Assembly (NCBI GenBank): GCA_964558645.1
Contig: CAZLEV010000013.1
Span: 1 to 64,000, forward strand
Reading direction: 5' to 3'
DNA: 64,000 bases
Source of the DNA: an uncultured archaeon
GTDB lineage: Archaea; Asgardarchaeota; Thorarchaeia; Thorarchaeales; Thorarchaeaceae
The position numbers were made by a program, and so were the translations under genes. Of the stretch, positions 9,771 through 19,364 are shown in pieces (the stretch's first letter is position 1; the number at the start of each line of letters is the position of its first letter). The notes under the pieces are model-generated. The model had not been told where the DNA came from and searched no databases. It worked only from the letters and a program-made list of their open reading frames with translations.

Positions 9771-10439
9771 TCAGAACCCGTAGATTACTACAGAGAGAGA
9801 CAGCAAGAAGATGGCAAGATAGTAGGTTCCTAACACCAGCGGCTCCTCGCGATTGAAATGATGATGGAACTCCTTGATGCCAATCAAAGAATCCGAGATG
9901 ATGAAGAAACAGGCACCGAGAAACGGTAAGAATCCCACCTGTGTGCCGGATGTTAGCCATAGAAGCAACGAAGAACTGGCAGTCAATGAGATGACGACAG
10001 CGTAGAGATCAACTGCATGAATGAGGGGTGTGGGGTTCTCGGATGTCTGGAGGTAACGATGATAGACACCAACGTAGACAAACAGCGCAGCAAGGCCGGA
10101 TAGGAATCCAACCAGCGGTAAGAATGTAATTCCCAATATAGTGCTCTGCAGTAGAAATGCTGCCACGTAACAGACGTGGGCAATCAGAAACAGAACAAGT
10201 CCCTGTAGGATATTGTGCTCCATCCCGATGTCCCCAAATGCACAAAAGACCAGAGATACTGAAAGCAACTGGTGGAACGGGTTGGAGGAATCAGAGAGCA
10301 GTACGAATACGGCAGCCAAGAACGCAGGTACAGCCTTGATTATTGTCGCCAACGACGTTCCGCTTTTGCCTTTTGTACGGATGGCAATGAATGCAAGCGC
10401 AAAGAGCCAATATGGTATGCAGTAGAAAATCAGATCCAT
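9771..10439 (-). CDS. YhhN-family membrane protein (lysoplasmalogenase-like)
   Basis: IIKAVP, FGDI, GLVLFLIAH..Y, FIISDSLI, TYYLA; multi-TM. Confidence 0.85.
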   Translation of the reverse strand: MDLIFYCIPYWLFALAFIAIRTKGKSGTSLATIIKAVPAFLAAVFVLLSDSSNPFHQLLSVSLVFCAFGDIGMEHNILQGLVLFLIAHVCYVAAFLLQSTILGITFLPLVGFLSGLAALFVYVGVYHRYLQTSENPTPLIHAVDLYAVVISLTASSSLLLWLTSGTQVGFLPFLGACFFIISDSLIGIKEFHHHFNREEPLVLGTYYLAIFLLSLSVVIYGF

Positions 10440-10619
10440 GTCGCTCCGTAAGAGACAAGTCGATTTAAGACTGTCTGACTGAAAGAAGAAATACAGGGAC
10501 TAGGGAGATTGCTATCTCAGAAGAGGTAATTGGAGCATTCTATGCCAGAGATCACTGAGTTCAATATATAGAGAGGTGAGTCAACGGCAGACGACGAGAG
10601 AGATGCAGCATATAGAATA

Positions 10620-10856
10620 TTGAGAAAAACAGAGGATATCAACGGTGCCCGCGGAGGGCGATGTCGAAGTTGTGACCATGAGAGTGCTGATGCATATTTC
10701 TTCGAGTGTGAGTTCTGTGGTAGGCCTATCTGTACCTATCGCCACAACCTGACGAATGATTTCGAGTTCATCTGCAGGTGGTGTATCAAAGAGAGGAAAC
10801 TGACTTTAGATGATGTGCAGTTCGAGTCTGATGGGGCAGGAAGGCCATTCTTCTGA
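10620..10856 (+). CDS. Small 8-ligand zinc-finger protein
   Basis: C-x2-C-x11-C-x2-C-x4-C-x3-H-x9-C-x2-C. Confidence 0.6.
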   Translation: MRKTEDINGARGGRCRSCDHESADAYFFECEFCGRPICTYRHNLTNDFEFICRWCIKERKLTLDDVQFESDGAGRPFF

Positions 10857-10983
10857 TGTGTGTGATTGTGTAGCGGTGTCACGTGAAGGAAAAGGGGCCT
10901 GTTGCTCAAGGTTTCTGCATCATATGAACAGACAGTTGCGATAGGCTGCTACAATGAATAACGTGAAATAGAAGGCTCTACTA

Positions 10984-11514
10984 GTGGATTCCAGCAAAAA
11001 GGCGCGCGGAGACTATACAGTGTCAAGCACGAAAGATATCATTCTTGATGGGTTTCTAGAAGAAGCGAGACAGGCGCGATTTGTGCTATCAAAGGCCGAG
11101 GGCATGAACCTCTTCTACACCCCATCGGATAATCTAAGGGCTCTGAGGGATCTTGCAAATCATCTTGCTCAGATTCCCCGAATTGACACCGCAATATATT
11201 CGGGCGAGATCGAAACGGTTGAAGATGCGCAAGCATTGGAAAAAGAGCTCACAGGGAGCTCTGTGAGTGAAATGGTCGAAACCTTTGATAACGGCCTCAA
11301 GTACGCGAAATCTTTCTTTCAGGAAATGAGCGAAAAGAATTTTCATGAAGCAAAGCTGAAACCATTCTATCAGAAAGAAGGAACCAAGACATGGCCGGAG
11401 TGTCTTCAGGAGATGACCGGTCATCTTGCCATGCACAAAATGCAGCTATGGATGTATCTCAGAATATCGGGTAAGTCTGTTGACATGTACACCTATTATG
11501 GGATTGATGCCTAG
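10984..11514 (+). CDS. DinB/YfiT-family protein
   Basis: LANHL ... HLAMHKMQLWMYLR signature; true start may be ~11020. Confidence 0.8.
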   Translation: MDSSKKARGDYTVSSTKDIILDGFLEEARQARFVLSKAEGMNLFYTPSDNLRALRDLANHLAQIPRIDTAIYSGEIETVEDAQALEKELTGSSVSEMVETFDNGLKYAKSFFQEMSEKNFHEAKLKPFYQKEGTKTWPECLQEMTGHLAMHKMQLWMYLRISGKSVDMYTYYGIDA

Positions 11515-11595
11515 TCATATGTGATGAAGGAACATCTATCTTTCCGAATAGATTATCAGTCCCCTCTTGTGTGAAGGATAGCATCGTACCTTCAT

Positions 11596-11991
11596 GTGGG
11601 AACATCAATGCCAGGAATAGTTTTTCTTCGCACAGAGATACTTGATGAGATTGTTGAGTTCTACCAGACTAAGATAGGTATGAAGCTGTGGTTAGACCAA
11701 GGCGACTGCAAGATACTGAGTTACGACAATCTCCTGCTGGGTTTCTGCGAGCGGGAGAGTCCACAGACAGACATTATGATCACCCTCTACTACCCATCCA
11801 GAGAGAAAGTCCGCGAGATGCACGAGTCTCTGAGAGATATTGCCGAATGCGAACCACGAGAGAATCAGAAATATGGCATCTATCAGTTCTTTGCCAAGGA
11901 TCCGGAAGGGCGGGATCTCGAATTCCAATACTTCACATACGCTGTGCCGCCGATAACCAGCAACGAGAAACACTTGGACCGAGAGTCATAG
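11596..11991 (+). CDS. VOC/glyoxalase-family protein
   Basis: EFYQTKIGM, FFAKDPEGRDLEFQ. Confidence 0.85.
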   Translation: MGTSMPGIVFLRTEILDEIVEFYQTKIGMKLWLDQGDCKILSYDNLLLGFCERESPQTDIMITLYYPSREKVREMHESLRDIAECEPRENQKYGIYQFFAKDPEGRDLEFQYFTYAVPPITSNEKHLDRES

Positions 11992-11994
11992 TAC

Positions 11995-12260
11995 TCATTT
12001 TGGTATTGGCGCTTGAGATGGCCGTCAAATCCCAGCTGTGTTAGCGCTCTATTGTCCCAAGTTGGCCCTCTCAAGCCCCGACATTTGTTTCTTGGCATAG
12101 CCCTTATCCTGTTCTGTAGACTCAGAGTTGGGGTCGACTCCTAATGACTGACCGTATTCATTGCAGGCGCACTTTTTGGTGTTGCTTTAGGATATGTTGT
12201 CCTACTACCACTCGAGAGAGTCCGATCGGACCCACAGAGACCCCAAGTATCTGAGATTGT
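11995..12260 (+). pseudogene. Possible decayed PAP2-like membrane phosphatase remnant
   Basis: One frame reads FLGIALILFCRLRVGVDS**LTVFIAGALFGVALGYVV, resembling PAP2 motif 3 (SR..LG.H...D..AG...G), interrupted by stops. Confidence 0.25.
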
Positions 12261-12262
12261 GG

Positions 12263-12844
12263 TCAAAGAGCTACCAACTTGTTTGTTTCGGGGGTCCAGC
12301 CCGATTTTGTTGCCTTCACGTATGCGTTCTTTGCAGCTCTGTATCTGCCTTGAATCCAAAGAAGAAGTCTGAGCTGGTTGTAAAGGTCGGGGTTCTTGGG
12401 CTCGTCCTTGATCTGCTTCCGGATCCTCTTCTCTATCTCCTTGTACTGCTCAATCTCTCTCATCCGCGATTCTTTTGCAGACTGAAGCGCACGCCGTACC
12501 TGATCTGCGGAGTGGATGAGCTGATAGTTCTTTGTTTCATCGGAGAGTTCGTCTTCTAGATTCTCAATGGCTGCCTCGGGCGTATCTCTGGCCTCGTGGA
12601 GTCTGGCCTCTACCAGCATTCGTTCGTAGTCATTCTGCATGAAATCGATGATTCGCGCGAGATCTTGAGCAAGTACGGCATCCTCACCCAGCGCATCACT
12701 GCAACATCTTCGTTCATAATAGAAGATATCGCAGGCAACCTGATAGGTGATTGCAGGTGTTGCCTCCATGAGCTTGAGGTCCGAGAGAATATCCATAACT
12801 GTGTAGGAGTCTCGGTCTGGAAGACTTAGTTCATCAAGGTTCAT
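12263..12844 (-). CDS. Hypothetical helical protein with C-terminal TPR-like repeat
   Basis: PKNPDLYNQL..LLWIQGRYRAAKNAYVKA. Confidence 0.7.
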   Translation of the reverse strand: MNLDELSLPDRDSYTVMDILSDLKLMEATPAITYQVACDIFYYERRCCSDALGEDAVLAQDLARIIDFMQNDYERMLVEARLHEARDTPEAAIENLEDELSDETKNYQLIHSADQVRRALQSAKESRMREIEQYKEIEKRIRKQIKDEPKNPDLYNQLRLLLWIQGRYRAAKNAYVKATKSGWTPETNKLVAL

Positions 12845-12891
12845 GGCATGTATCTATCATGCTCATCTAAGATAAATCATCTTAGGAGAGG

Positions 12892-14235
12892 CTAGAGGGA
12901 GTGCACTTTCTCCACATAGTTTTTGATGGCGAACTTGCGTTCCAGGCCCTGAGCATTCATGTACCGCACCTTACCAAATATTGGCCTTTCCTGCCATGCC
13001 CGATCGTGCTTTCCAAAGCACCAAGATACACCTGTGTATCCATTCGGATCGCGTCCGTCAAGCTCATACGTGTTGTTTAGGTAAAGGGCGATAGTATGAG
13101 CGTCTTCTGGCGTTTCCGACCACTCGAGAATCTTCTTACCCCAATACATACGCATGTAGCCATGCATCTTTCCGGTTTTCATCATCTCAAGCTGTGACGC
13201 ATTCCAGTAGGCATCGTGAGTTTCTGCCTGTTCAAGTTCCTTGAGAGTATAAACGTACTCTCTATCATCAGACTGGTGTTCGTCCAGTGTGGTCAATGCC
13301 CAGTCTGGTAGTCCGCGCAGTTCATCATAGTGAGCATTGTAGTACACAAAGTTCATACTGAGCTCCCTCCTTATGACCAGCTCCTCGATGAAGGCGTCAA
13401 CCCCGGGGCTCTCAGTGGACTTCGCCTCAAGTGCTATCTGGAGTGGTGATATCTGACCGAAGTGAAGGTAAGGGCTAAGATTCGATAGGTAGTCCTTCGA
13501 GGGGTCATTGCGTAGATCAGGAAAACTGTCAATCTTCTCCTGGAGGAAGATGTCCAGAAGACACTCAGCCTCCTTAGCTCCGCCACGAAAATGGCCCGGC
13601 GTTACGTTCTCACCCAAATTGAGCTCATCAAGAACCTGCGCGATATCGTGGATTGGGAGTGAATCAGTATCCAGACGTGGAGCCGACTCATTAGCTCGTG
13701 ACATCTCAAGGGGCACAAGGTACTGATCTAAGTGCTTGGAAATACGAGGTCGAAAGGTATAGGCCGCGTATTCCTCCTTCTGGGATGCCACCTCAACCGG
13801 CACAACAACGTTGCTTTCTACTTGGTAGAAGGGAACATCTATTCTGGAGGAAACATCGGATCTCCAGTCTCTTTGGAGCTTGAGGTAGTCTGTATCAGTA
13901 ACAACCAGAGAGGCTTGTTGGGAGAGCTCAGTAACCCCATCCGGGGGAGAACACTTCTGAACAACAAAACGGATGCCCCGTTCTTCTAGCCTTGATGCAG
14001 TTTCTGAGAGGCCCTCTAGCATAAAGCGGTAGTGTCTGCTGTTTGCCTCGGGAAAAGTGTCAGTGAGTCCGAAATACACTAAGAGGCCAATACCGAGTTT
14101 GTTGGCACGGCGGAGGGCATATTCCAAAGCATGGTTGAAGTCAAATCGCTGCGAAGCCTGCATCCAGTACAGGACATAGTCCCCAGCAGCCGGTTTCTGG
14201 TCATTCAGTAATGATATCCGTTCTTCATGAAGCAC
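12892..14235 (-). CDS. phr: Class II CPD photolyase (deoxyribodipyrimidine photo-lyase)
   Basis: YWMQASQR, SNLSPYLHFGQIS, FIEELVIRREL, GKMHGYMRMYWGKKILEW, DGRDPNGY, RPIFGKVRYM. Confidence 0.95.
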   Translation of the reverse strand: MLHEERISLLNDQKPAAGDYVLYWMQASQRFDFNHALEYALRRANKLGIGLLVYFGLTDTFPEANSRHYRFMLEGLSETASRLEERGIRFVVQKCSPPDGVTELSQQASLVVTDTDYLKLQRDWRSDVSSRIDVPFYQVESNVVVPVEVASQKEEYAAYTFRPRISKHLDQYLVPLEMSRANESAPRLDTDSLPIHDIAQVLDELNLGENVTPGHFRGGAKEAECLLDIFLQEKIDSFPDLRNDPSKDYLSNLSPYLHFGQISPLQIALEAKSTESPGVDAFIEELVIRRELSMNFVYYNAHYDELRGLPDWALTTLDEHQSDDREYVYTLKELEQAETHDAYWNASQLEMMKTGKMHGYMRMYWGKKILEWSETPEDAHTIALYLNNTYELDGRDPNGYTGVSWCFGKHDRAWQERPIFGKVRYMNAQGLERKFAIKNYVEKVHSL

Positions 14236-14314
14236 GAGCGCGTCCCTCAGCTTCTGATGAGAGAACTAGTTTATTGATTCTCCGTTACTGATTCTAAGCA
14301 TCTTGGCGTCCTCA

Positions 14315-15085
14315 CTAGAATGGTAGACCCCAAGTCATCCACAATGGAAGTGGAAGGTAGAATCGGACGTAGACCAAGAAACAGAAGGAGATAAAAGAAA
14401 CAACGACCAGTGCCCAATCACGAGTTGTGAACTTGAGTTGTTCAAGGTAGGTACGATTCTCACATGCACCAAATCCTCTTGACTCCATGCTCTCAGCTAT
14501 GGACAGCGCTCTTCGGATTGACACTATTATCAGAGGTACTATGATGGGGACAATGTTGCGTATTCTCTTCAACGGGCTTCCTCGGTCCAGTTCCACCCCT
14601 CTGGCCTTCTGCGCATCCATGATTGCGTAGGCCTCCTGTCCAAGTGTGGGAACGTACCGCATAGCCATACTCATGGCGAAGGCAAACTCGAACTTGACGT
14701 GCATCTGAATGAGGGCCTGAGATAGTTCATCCGGATGGACTGTGAGGAAGAACAACGAGAACGAGCTCATCAAGGCAATCAGCCGCAACGAGAGTGCAAT
14801 TGAGTAGGAGAATGGGTTCGCAACAGTAGAAAGCAACGTGTTGAAGATGACAATGAAGAGAATCAGGACAGAGAGCCCTCTCATACTCTTCATCCAACGT
14901 TGGAGAGATTTAGCTAGGCCGAGTAGAGGTATGAGAACCAGTAAGAGAATCAACAGAGGAAGGATATTTACAAAGAGAAGAGATATCATGGCCAGAGTAG
15001 TGGATAGCACCAATTTCGATCGCGGGTCAAGCCTGTGAATAACGGAGTCCTGCCGAGTATATTGGAACACCTCAAGAAAGGACAT
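14315..15085 (-). CDS. ecfT: ECF transporter transmembrane component T
   Basis: HRLDPRSK, RYVPTL, AQKARG, SMESRGF. Confidence 0.92.
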   Translation of the reverse strand: MSFLEVFQYTRQDSVIHRLDPRSKLVLSTTLAMISLLFVNILPLLILLLVLIPLLGLAKSLQRWMKSMRGLSVLILFIVIFNTLLSTVANPFSYSIALSLRLIALMSSFSLFFLTVHPDELSQALIQMHVKFEFAFAMSMAMRYVPTLGQEAYAIMDAQKARGVELDRGSPLKRIRNIVPIIVPLIIVSIRRALSIAESMESRGFGACENRTYLEQLKFTTRDWALVVVSFISFCFLVYVRFYLPLPLWMTWGLPF

Positions 15086-15910
15086 CTAGTTCCCTCCTGC
15101 CAATCTGAGAAGCTCTGACACGATATCATTGACTTGAGCCAGCCTTGGAGAAACCTCTGGATAGAACTCTTGGAGACCTTGAGCCACTATGGTCATCTGG
15201 GGAGCAGTCAGAGAACATCTCTCAATGATATCTCGATTGCTAAGTACCGACGCAGTATTCCCATCAGCAACTATTCTACCATCGCTCATGGCAACCGTGC
15301 GCGGGAAGTGCTCAGTCACAAACTCGATGTCGTGGGTCACAACAATCACTGTACGTCCTTCGTCCTTCAGCTGGTTGAGTATCTCGGCCAGACGTTCTTT
15401 CTGTCTTGCATCTTGGCCAATAGTGGGCTCATCGAGAGCCAGCATGCGTGGCTCGATTGCAAGCACAGAAGCAAGAGCGACCCGTTTTCTCTCCCCTCCT
15501 GAGAGCGAGAAAGGAGAACGTTCTGACAAGTGTGAGAGCCCTAGTTGCTCAAGTGTGCGTGTACTCCTCCGAACGATCTCGTTGTCATCATATCCGAGAT
15601 TCTTGAGTCCAAATACTATCTCTTTCTGAACCGAGTCCAGAAACAGCTGATGATCTGGATTCTGCCACACCAGTCCTATCTGGCGGGAGAGTTGGGCCAC
15701 TGAATACTTGCTCGTTTCTTCACCATCCAAGAAGACGTGTCCCTTCTGTGGACGGAGTAGTCCATTTAGATGCTTGAGGAGTGTTGTCTTACCAGCCCCG
15801 TTTGAACCCATTATGGCAACCGATTCACCCTCATCAATCTCAAGAGAAACACCATTCAAGGCGGGATAGAGGCCGTCGTAGATATAATGAACGTCTTCAA
15901 GCTGAATCAT
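15086..15910 (-). CDS. ecfA: ECF transporter ATPase
   Basis: GSNGAGKT, QNPDHQLF, LSGGE, LDEPT. Confidence 0.9.
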   Translation of the reverse strand: MIQLEDVHYIYDGLYPALNGVSLEIDEGESVAIMGSNGAGKTTLLKHLNGLLRPQKGHVFLDGEETSKYSVAQLSRQIGLVWQNPDHQLFLDSVQKEIVFGLKNLGYDDNEIVRRSTRTLEQLGLSHLSERSPFSLSGGERKRVALASVLAIEPRMLALDEPTIGQDARQKERLAEILNQLKDEGRTVIVVTHDIEFVTEHFPRTVAMSDGRIVADGNTASVLSNRDIIERCSLTAPQMTIVAQGLQEFYPEVSPRLAQVNDIVSELLRLAGGN

Positions 15911-16748
15911 ATTCTACGACCTCTCTAAAAACTCGTATCAAGTCCGCCCCACTCATAGGTACCTCATTAAGGTGTAGACCATTTGACCTGAGGCGTTTGA
16001 AGACCTCTACGGCCTTTGGAATGCCAATTCCTATCTCTTGACATATATCCATAAGGAGGACCTCTCTTGGGGGTCCATCAGCAACTATCGATCCGTTGCT
16101 CATCAAAACCAGTCTCGATGCATCCTTCGCAACCACATCGAGACGATGTTCAACCAGAACAACAGTCATCCCCTCACGGTTCTGTTCTGCAATCAACTCA
16201 AGTATGAGCTCAGCACTCTTCGGGTCAAGGCTTGACGTTGGCTCATCTGCAACAAGGATTCTTGGCCTGAGAGCTAGAGTTGCAGCCATAGCAACTCGCT
16301 GTTGTTCACCACCCGACATCTCATGGGGATGTTTCTCACGAAGGTGTTCCAGTTCCAGTATGTCGATTAGATGCTCAACTCTCTGGCGTATCTCCAGCGG
16401 GTTAACACCCAGATTCTCAGGCCCAAAGGCGATTTCCTTCTCCACATTCAATGTTACAAGCTGATTAGATGGGTTCTGGAAGACCAGCCCCACAATACCA
16501 GCCAGCTCCGCCACTGAATGGTCACGGGTGGACATCGAGTCGACAAAGACATTGCCTGCAATGTATCCTCTATGAAATTGGGGTACGAGACCGTTCATTG
16601 CCCTACAAAGAGTAGTCTTGCCGCAACCGGACGGGCCACTTACAACAACGTATTCTCCTTGCTCCACTGACAAGTTCACTTTTCTCAGAGCAAGAGTGTC
16701 CGAGCCGACGTATTTGAAGCTGAAATCATTGAACTCTATCAGTCCCAC
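15897..16748 (-). CDS. ecfA: ECF transporter ATPase
   Basis: GPSGCGKT, FQNPSNQL, IAFGPENLG, MSGGEQQR. Confidence 0.9.
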   Translation of the reverse strand: MGLIEFNDFSFKYVGSDTLALRKVNLSVEQGEYVVVSGPSGCGKTTLCRAMNGLVPQFHRGYIAGNVFVDSMSTRDHSVAELAGIVGLVFQNPSNQLVTLNVEKEIAFGPENLGVNPLEIRQRVEHLIDILELEHLREKHPHEMSGGEQQRVAMAATLALRPRILVADEPTSSLDPKSAELILELIAEQNREGMTVVLVEHRLDVVAKDASRLVLMSNGSIVADGPPREVLLMDICQEIGIGIPKAVEVFKRLRSNGLHLNEVPMSGADLIRVFREVVEYDSA

Positions 16749-16762
16749 TGCTGCAGCTCCTC

Positions 16763-17761
16763 CTATGAGCTGTTTTCTTCTTCTTGTAACGCGATAGCTT
16801 GGCGGATCAGTTCTACCGCCTGCTTCAAAGCTTTTCCACAGTTTCTATTACCATTTGCGCCCGCAGCATTCGCATGACCCCCGCCAGTCCCACCTATGAT
16901 TTCGCCCACGGGCTCCATCACATCCCTTCCCAAGTTGACACCGGTTTCCCTTGAAAACTCCCGGGTACTTCTTGAGCTCAATCGTACAATATCCCTCGCA
17001 GGACGACCACCCACGATTGCAACATCGGCCCCTGCATCAATTAATGCTCGACATGAGCTTGCCTCATAAGCCCCCACCTTAGAAGTCACCACAATCCACT
17101 TATCGACCTGATGTAGTTTGAGTCTTCCAGCAGCCTTTAGTCTGGCAATTCGCTCAGAACGCTCTGGACGAGAAATCAATGATTTGACACATTCATCATA
17201 GTCTGCACCACTCTCGATCAACTTGACTGCAGCCTCCAAAGTGGCTCTATTGGCATAGAAGAAACGACGGGTGTCGAACAGCATCCCAGCAAGCAGGAGA
17301 TTCGCTGTGTTGTTATCAATTGGCAGGGCAAGTTCTCGAAAGATATCCACCATCATCTCGCACGTGGACGATTTCTCACTATCTAAGATAATGAAATCCG
17401 AGATTACCTCGGTCTCGGGATTTGCCTCGTGATGGTCAATGATCACTGTCCGAGAAGGATTGTTGACATAAGAAGAAACAGCATCTCCCAGCTGTAACCT
17501 GCTGTTTGTATCAAGCAGCACTACCAAGTCGAAAGTACCATGTGGATCTGCAATGATATCTACAGGGCAGTCGAAGTGCTCTAGAACTTGTACAGAGAGC
17601 TTACTCACGTCATCACATGCAAGCGTGAATCTGCCCTGAGGATTGAGATGCTCGTATACTTGGGACAGGGCATACATCGATGAAACCGCGTCTGGATCCG
17701 CATTCTGATGGCCCAGAATCAGGATGTCATCTGACTTCTCCAAAAGCAGTTTCAGTTTCAA
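16763..17761 (-). CDS. DHH-family phosphoesterase (exosome-superoperon associated)
   Basis: HQNADPDA, LLDT, IIDHH, GGGHANAAG. Confidence 0.9.
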   Translation of the reverse strand: MKLKLLLEKSDDILILGHQNADPDAVSSMYALSQVYEHLNPQGRFTLACDDVSKLSVQVLEHFDCPVDIIADPHGTFDLVVLLDTNSRLQLGDAVSSYVNNPSRTVIIDHHEANPETEVISDFIILDSEKSSTCEMMVDIFRELALPIDNNTANLLLAGMLFDTRRFFYANRATLEAAVKLIESGADYDECVKSLISRPERSERIARLKAAGRLKLHQVDKWIVVTSKVGAYEASSCRALIDAGADVAIVGGRPARDIVRLSSRSTREFSRETGVNLGRDVMEPVGEIIGGTGGGHANAAGANGNRNCGKALKQAVELIRQAIALQEEENSS

Positions 17762-18072
17762 TCAGCCTTCATCTCCAGAAGCCTCTGCTCAAGCCATTCT
17801 GAACCATACTCAGTGACTTGACTCACAATGTCGTCCAGAGCATGACCAGTCTCATACTTTTGCTCGAGAATGATCTCAAGATCAAGGTCAAGCTGGCCGT
17901 CTGGACTGAGGTCTAGTGTACAGGAAACTGATAGATCTGATATACTCTTTTCGGGTACCAGCATGAATAGCCTCTGAGTGACAGCCGCCTCGCAATCTTG
18001 GGCAAGTACCTCGATATGCTCTTCTGTAAGGGCGGGGAGGCCAATCTCCAGTACTGGGTTCATCTCAGTCAC
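17758..18072 (-). CDS. DUF3194-like protein
   Basis: EIGLPALTEE start; conserved position between pfdB and the DHH gene. Confidence 0.65.
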   Translation of the reverse strand: MTEMNPVLEIGLPALTEEHIEVLAQDCEAAVTQRLFMLVPEKSISDLSVSCTLDLSPDGQLDLDLEIILEQKYETGHALDDIVSQVTEYGSEWLEQRLLEMKAD

Positions 18073-18431
18073 TGGACCCTGAGGTTCTGCGCTCCCAGCT
18101 CAATCTGAATGTTGCTCTGAAGTTCCTGTAGTTTCCCGGTTGTTGACTCTAACCGACTGCTGTAGTTATCAAGACTCTCCTTGATTGTGCCCTTTCGGCC
18201 ATTCATCTCATCAACCAGCTTCTTCTTTCCAACACGAAACATGACTTGACCAACTGTCTTGTATGTCACCGCATCGTCAGGCTGCTTCCCAAGCTCTTCC
18301 AGAGTGGCCTCAAGCTCATTGAGTTCCGACTGCAATCTTTGGATCATCACCTGGAGTGCTTCATGTCTACGGCGCAGACTCTCGTACTGTTTTATCTTCT
18401 CTTCAAGTCCTGGAGGTATTTGTTGAGCCAT
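18069..18431 (-). CDS. pfdB: Prefoldin beta subunit
   Basis: Coiled coil - YKTVGQVMF hairpin - coiled coil; synteny. Confidence 0.9.
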   Translation of the reverse strand: MAQQIPPGLEEKIKQYESLRRRHEALQVMIQRLQSELNELEATLEELGKQPDDAVTYKTVGQVMFRVGKKKLVDEMNGRKGTIKESLDNYSSRLESTTGKLQELQSNIQIELGAQNLRVQ

Positions 18432-18492
18432 GATAATCATACTCCCCCGTTCTTTAAGGGGCATGTTCAGACTGCGCCGTCTGAGTTGAAAC

Positions 18493-18762
18493 TTAAGGAT
18501 TTTGGCCTATGACAGAATCCAGTATTCGTTCGCACGCAGAGATCCAAGAGAGAAAGGAATTGATTGCCGCACGCATAGCAGTCAGGTCGTCTGCGGATAT
18601 CTTCAATATCAGCTGTGAACCAGATAACTCAATCTGCGTTCTCGACCGATCAGTAATCGCGCTAGTTTCAGGTTCGAGAGCCTGCCGGATAATTCTTGCT
18701 CTCTCCTCCGATCCCATGTCAATATCTATGACAGCATCGCCCCCGAGCACGATATCTTCCAT
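18493..18762 (-). CDS. pcc1: KEOPS complex subunit Pcc1
   Basis: ALEPE...RS...LKISADDLTAMRAAINSFLSWI. Confidence 0.9.
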   Translation of the reverse strand: MEDIVLGGDAVIDIDMGSEERARIIRQALEPETSAITDRSRTQIELSGSQLILKISADDLTAMRAAINSFLSWISACERILDSVIGQNP

Positions 18763-18764
18763 TG

Positions 18765-19364
18765 TTATTTCCCTCTTAATGCACTCACAGTCATTCGTGG
18801 GCCAATCTCTACCGCATCAAGCGCGTGATAGTAAGTCCACACTGTCCTTCCCGATGCCGCGTCTTGCAGGCGGAGAATTGCGCTGTTAGAATGCTCAGGA
18901 CCCAAGGGGTAGACTGCGCTCTCTTCTACCCAGCCCATACCGGTCATTCTTTTCAGGAGATCGGCCATGTTCTTGGTGAGTTCTGATGGTCTTGAGCTCA
19001 CTGAGAGTCTTACTATCCTATTAACACGTACGTCGGAGTCGGGCAGCACCTCTCTCCGGAGAACACATCCGGACAGCTGCACTACAGCCGTATCATCATC
19101 AGAGAAGTAGATTCTTAGCCTCCCGGGATTGCCGCGATACGTTGTCACAACCAAAGCTGCATCTGCGCCCGAGTGCTTGAAACGTGCCTTCAATTCAGCC
19201 ATGCTCATACTGCCACGGTTGAACCGCTCACTGCCAGGGAACACAATCGACAAATCCCTGACAAAGGACCTAACACGATTGGAGGTCCGACGGGAGGTGG
19301 TTATCAGGAGCAACTGTGTACGAACCTTGGATTTATTCTTCCTCGTCCTCTGAGGACTCATCAA
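18765..19364 (-). CDS. Brix-domain ribosome biogenesis protein (Imp4-like)
   Basis: LITTSRRTSNRVRSF, RFNRGSMS, GNPG, EIGPRM; real start probably TTG near 19313. Confidence 0.85.
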   Translation of the reverse strand: MMSPQRTRKNKSKVRTQLLLITTSRRTSNRVRSFVRDLSIVFPGSERFNRGSMSMAELKARFKHSGADAALVVTTYRGNPGRLRIYFSDDDTAVVQLSGCVLRREVLPDSDVRVNRIVRLSVSSRPSELTKNMADLLKRMTGMGWVEESAVYPLGPEHSNSAILRLQDAASGRTVWTYYHALDAVEIGPRMTVSALRGK

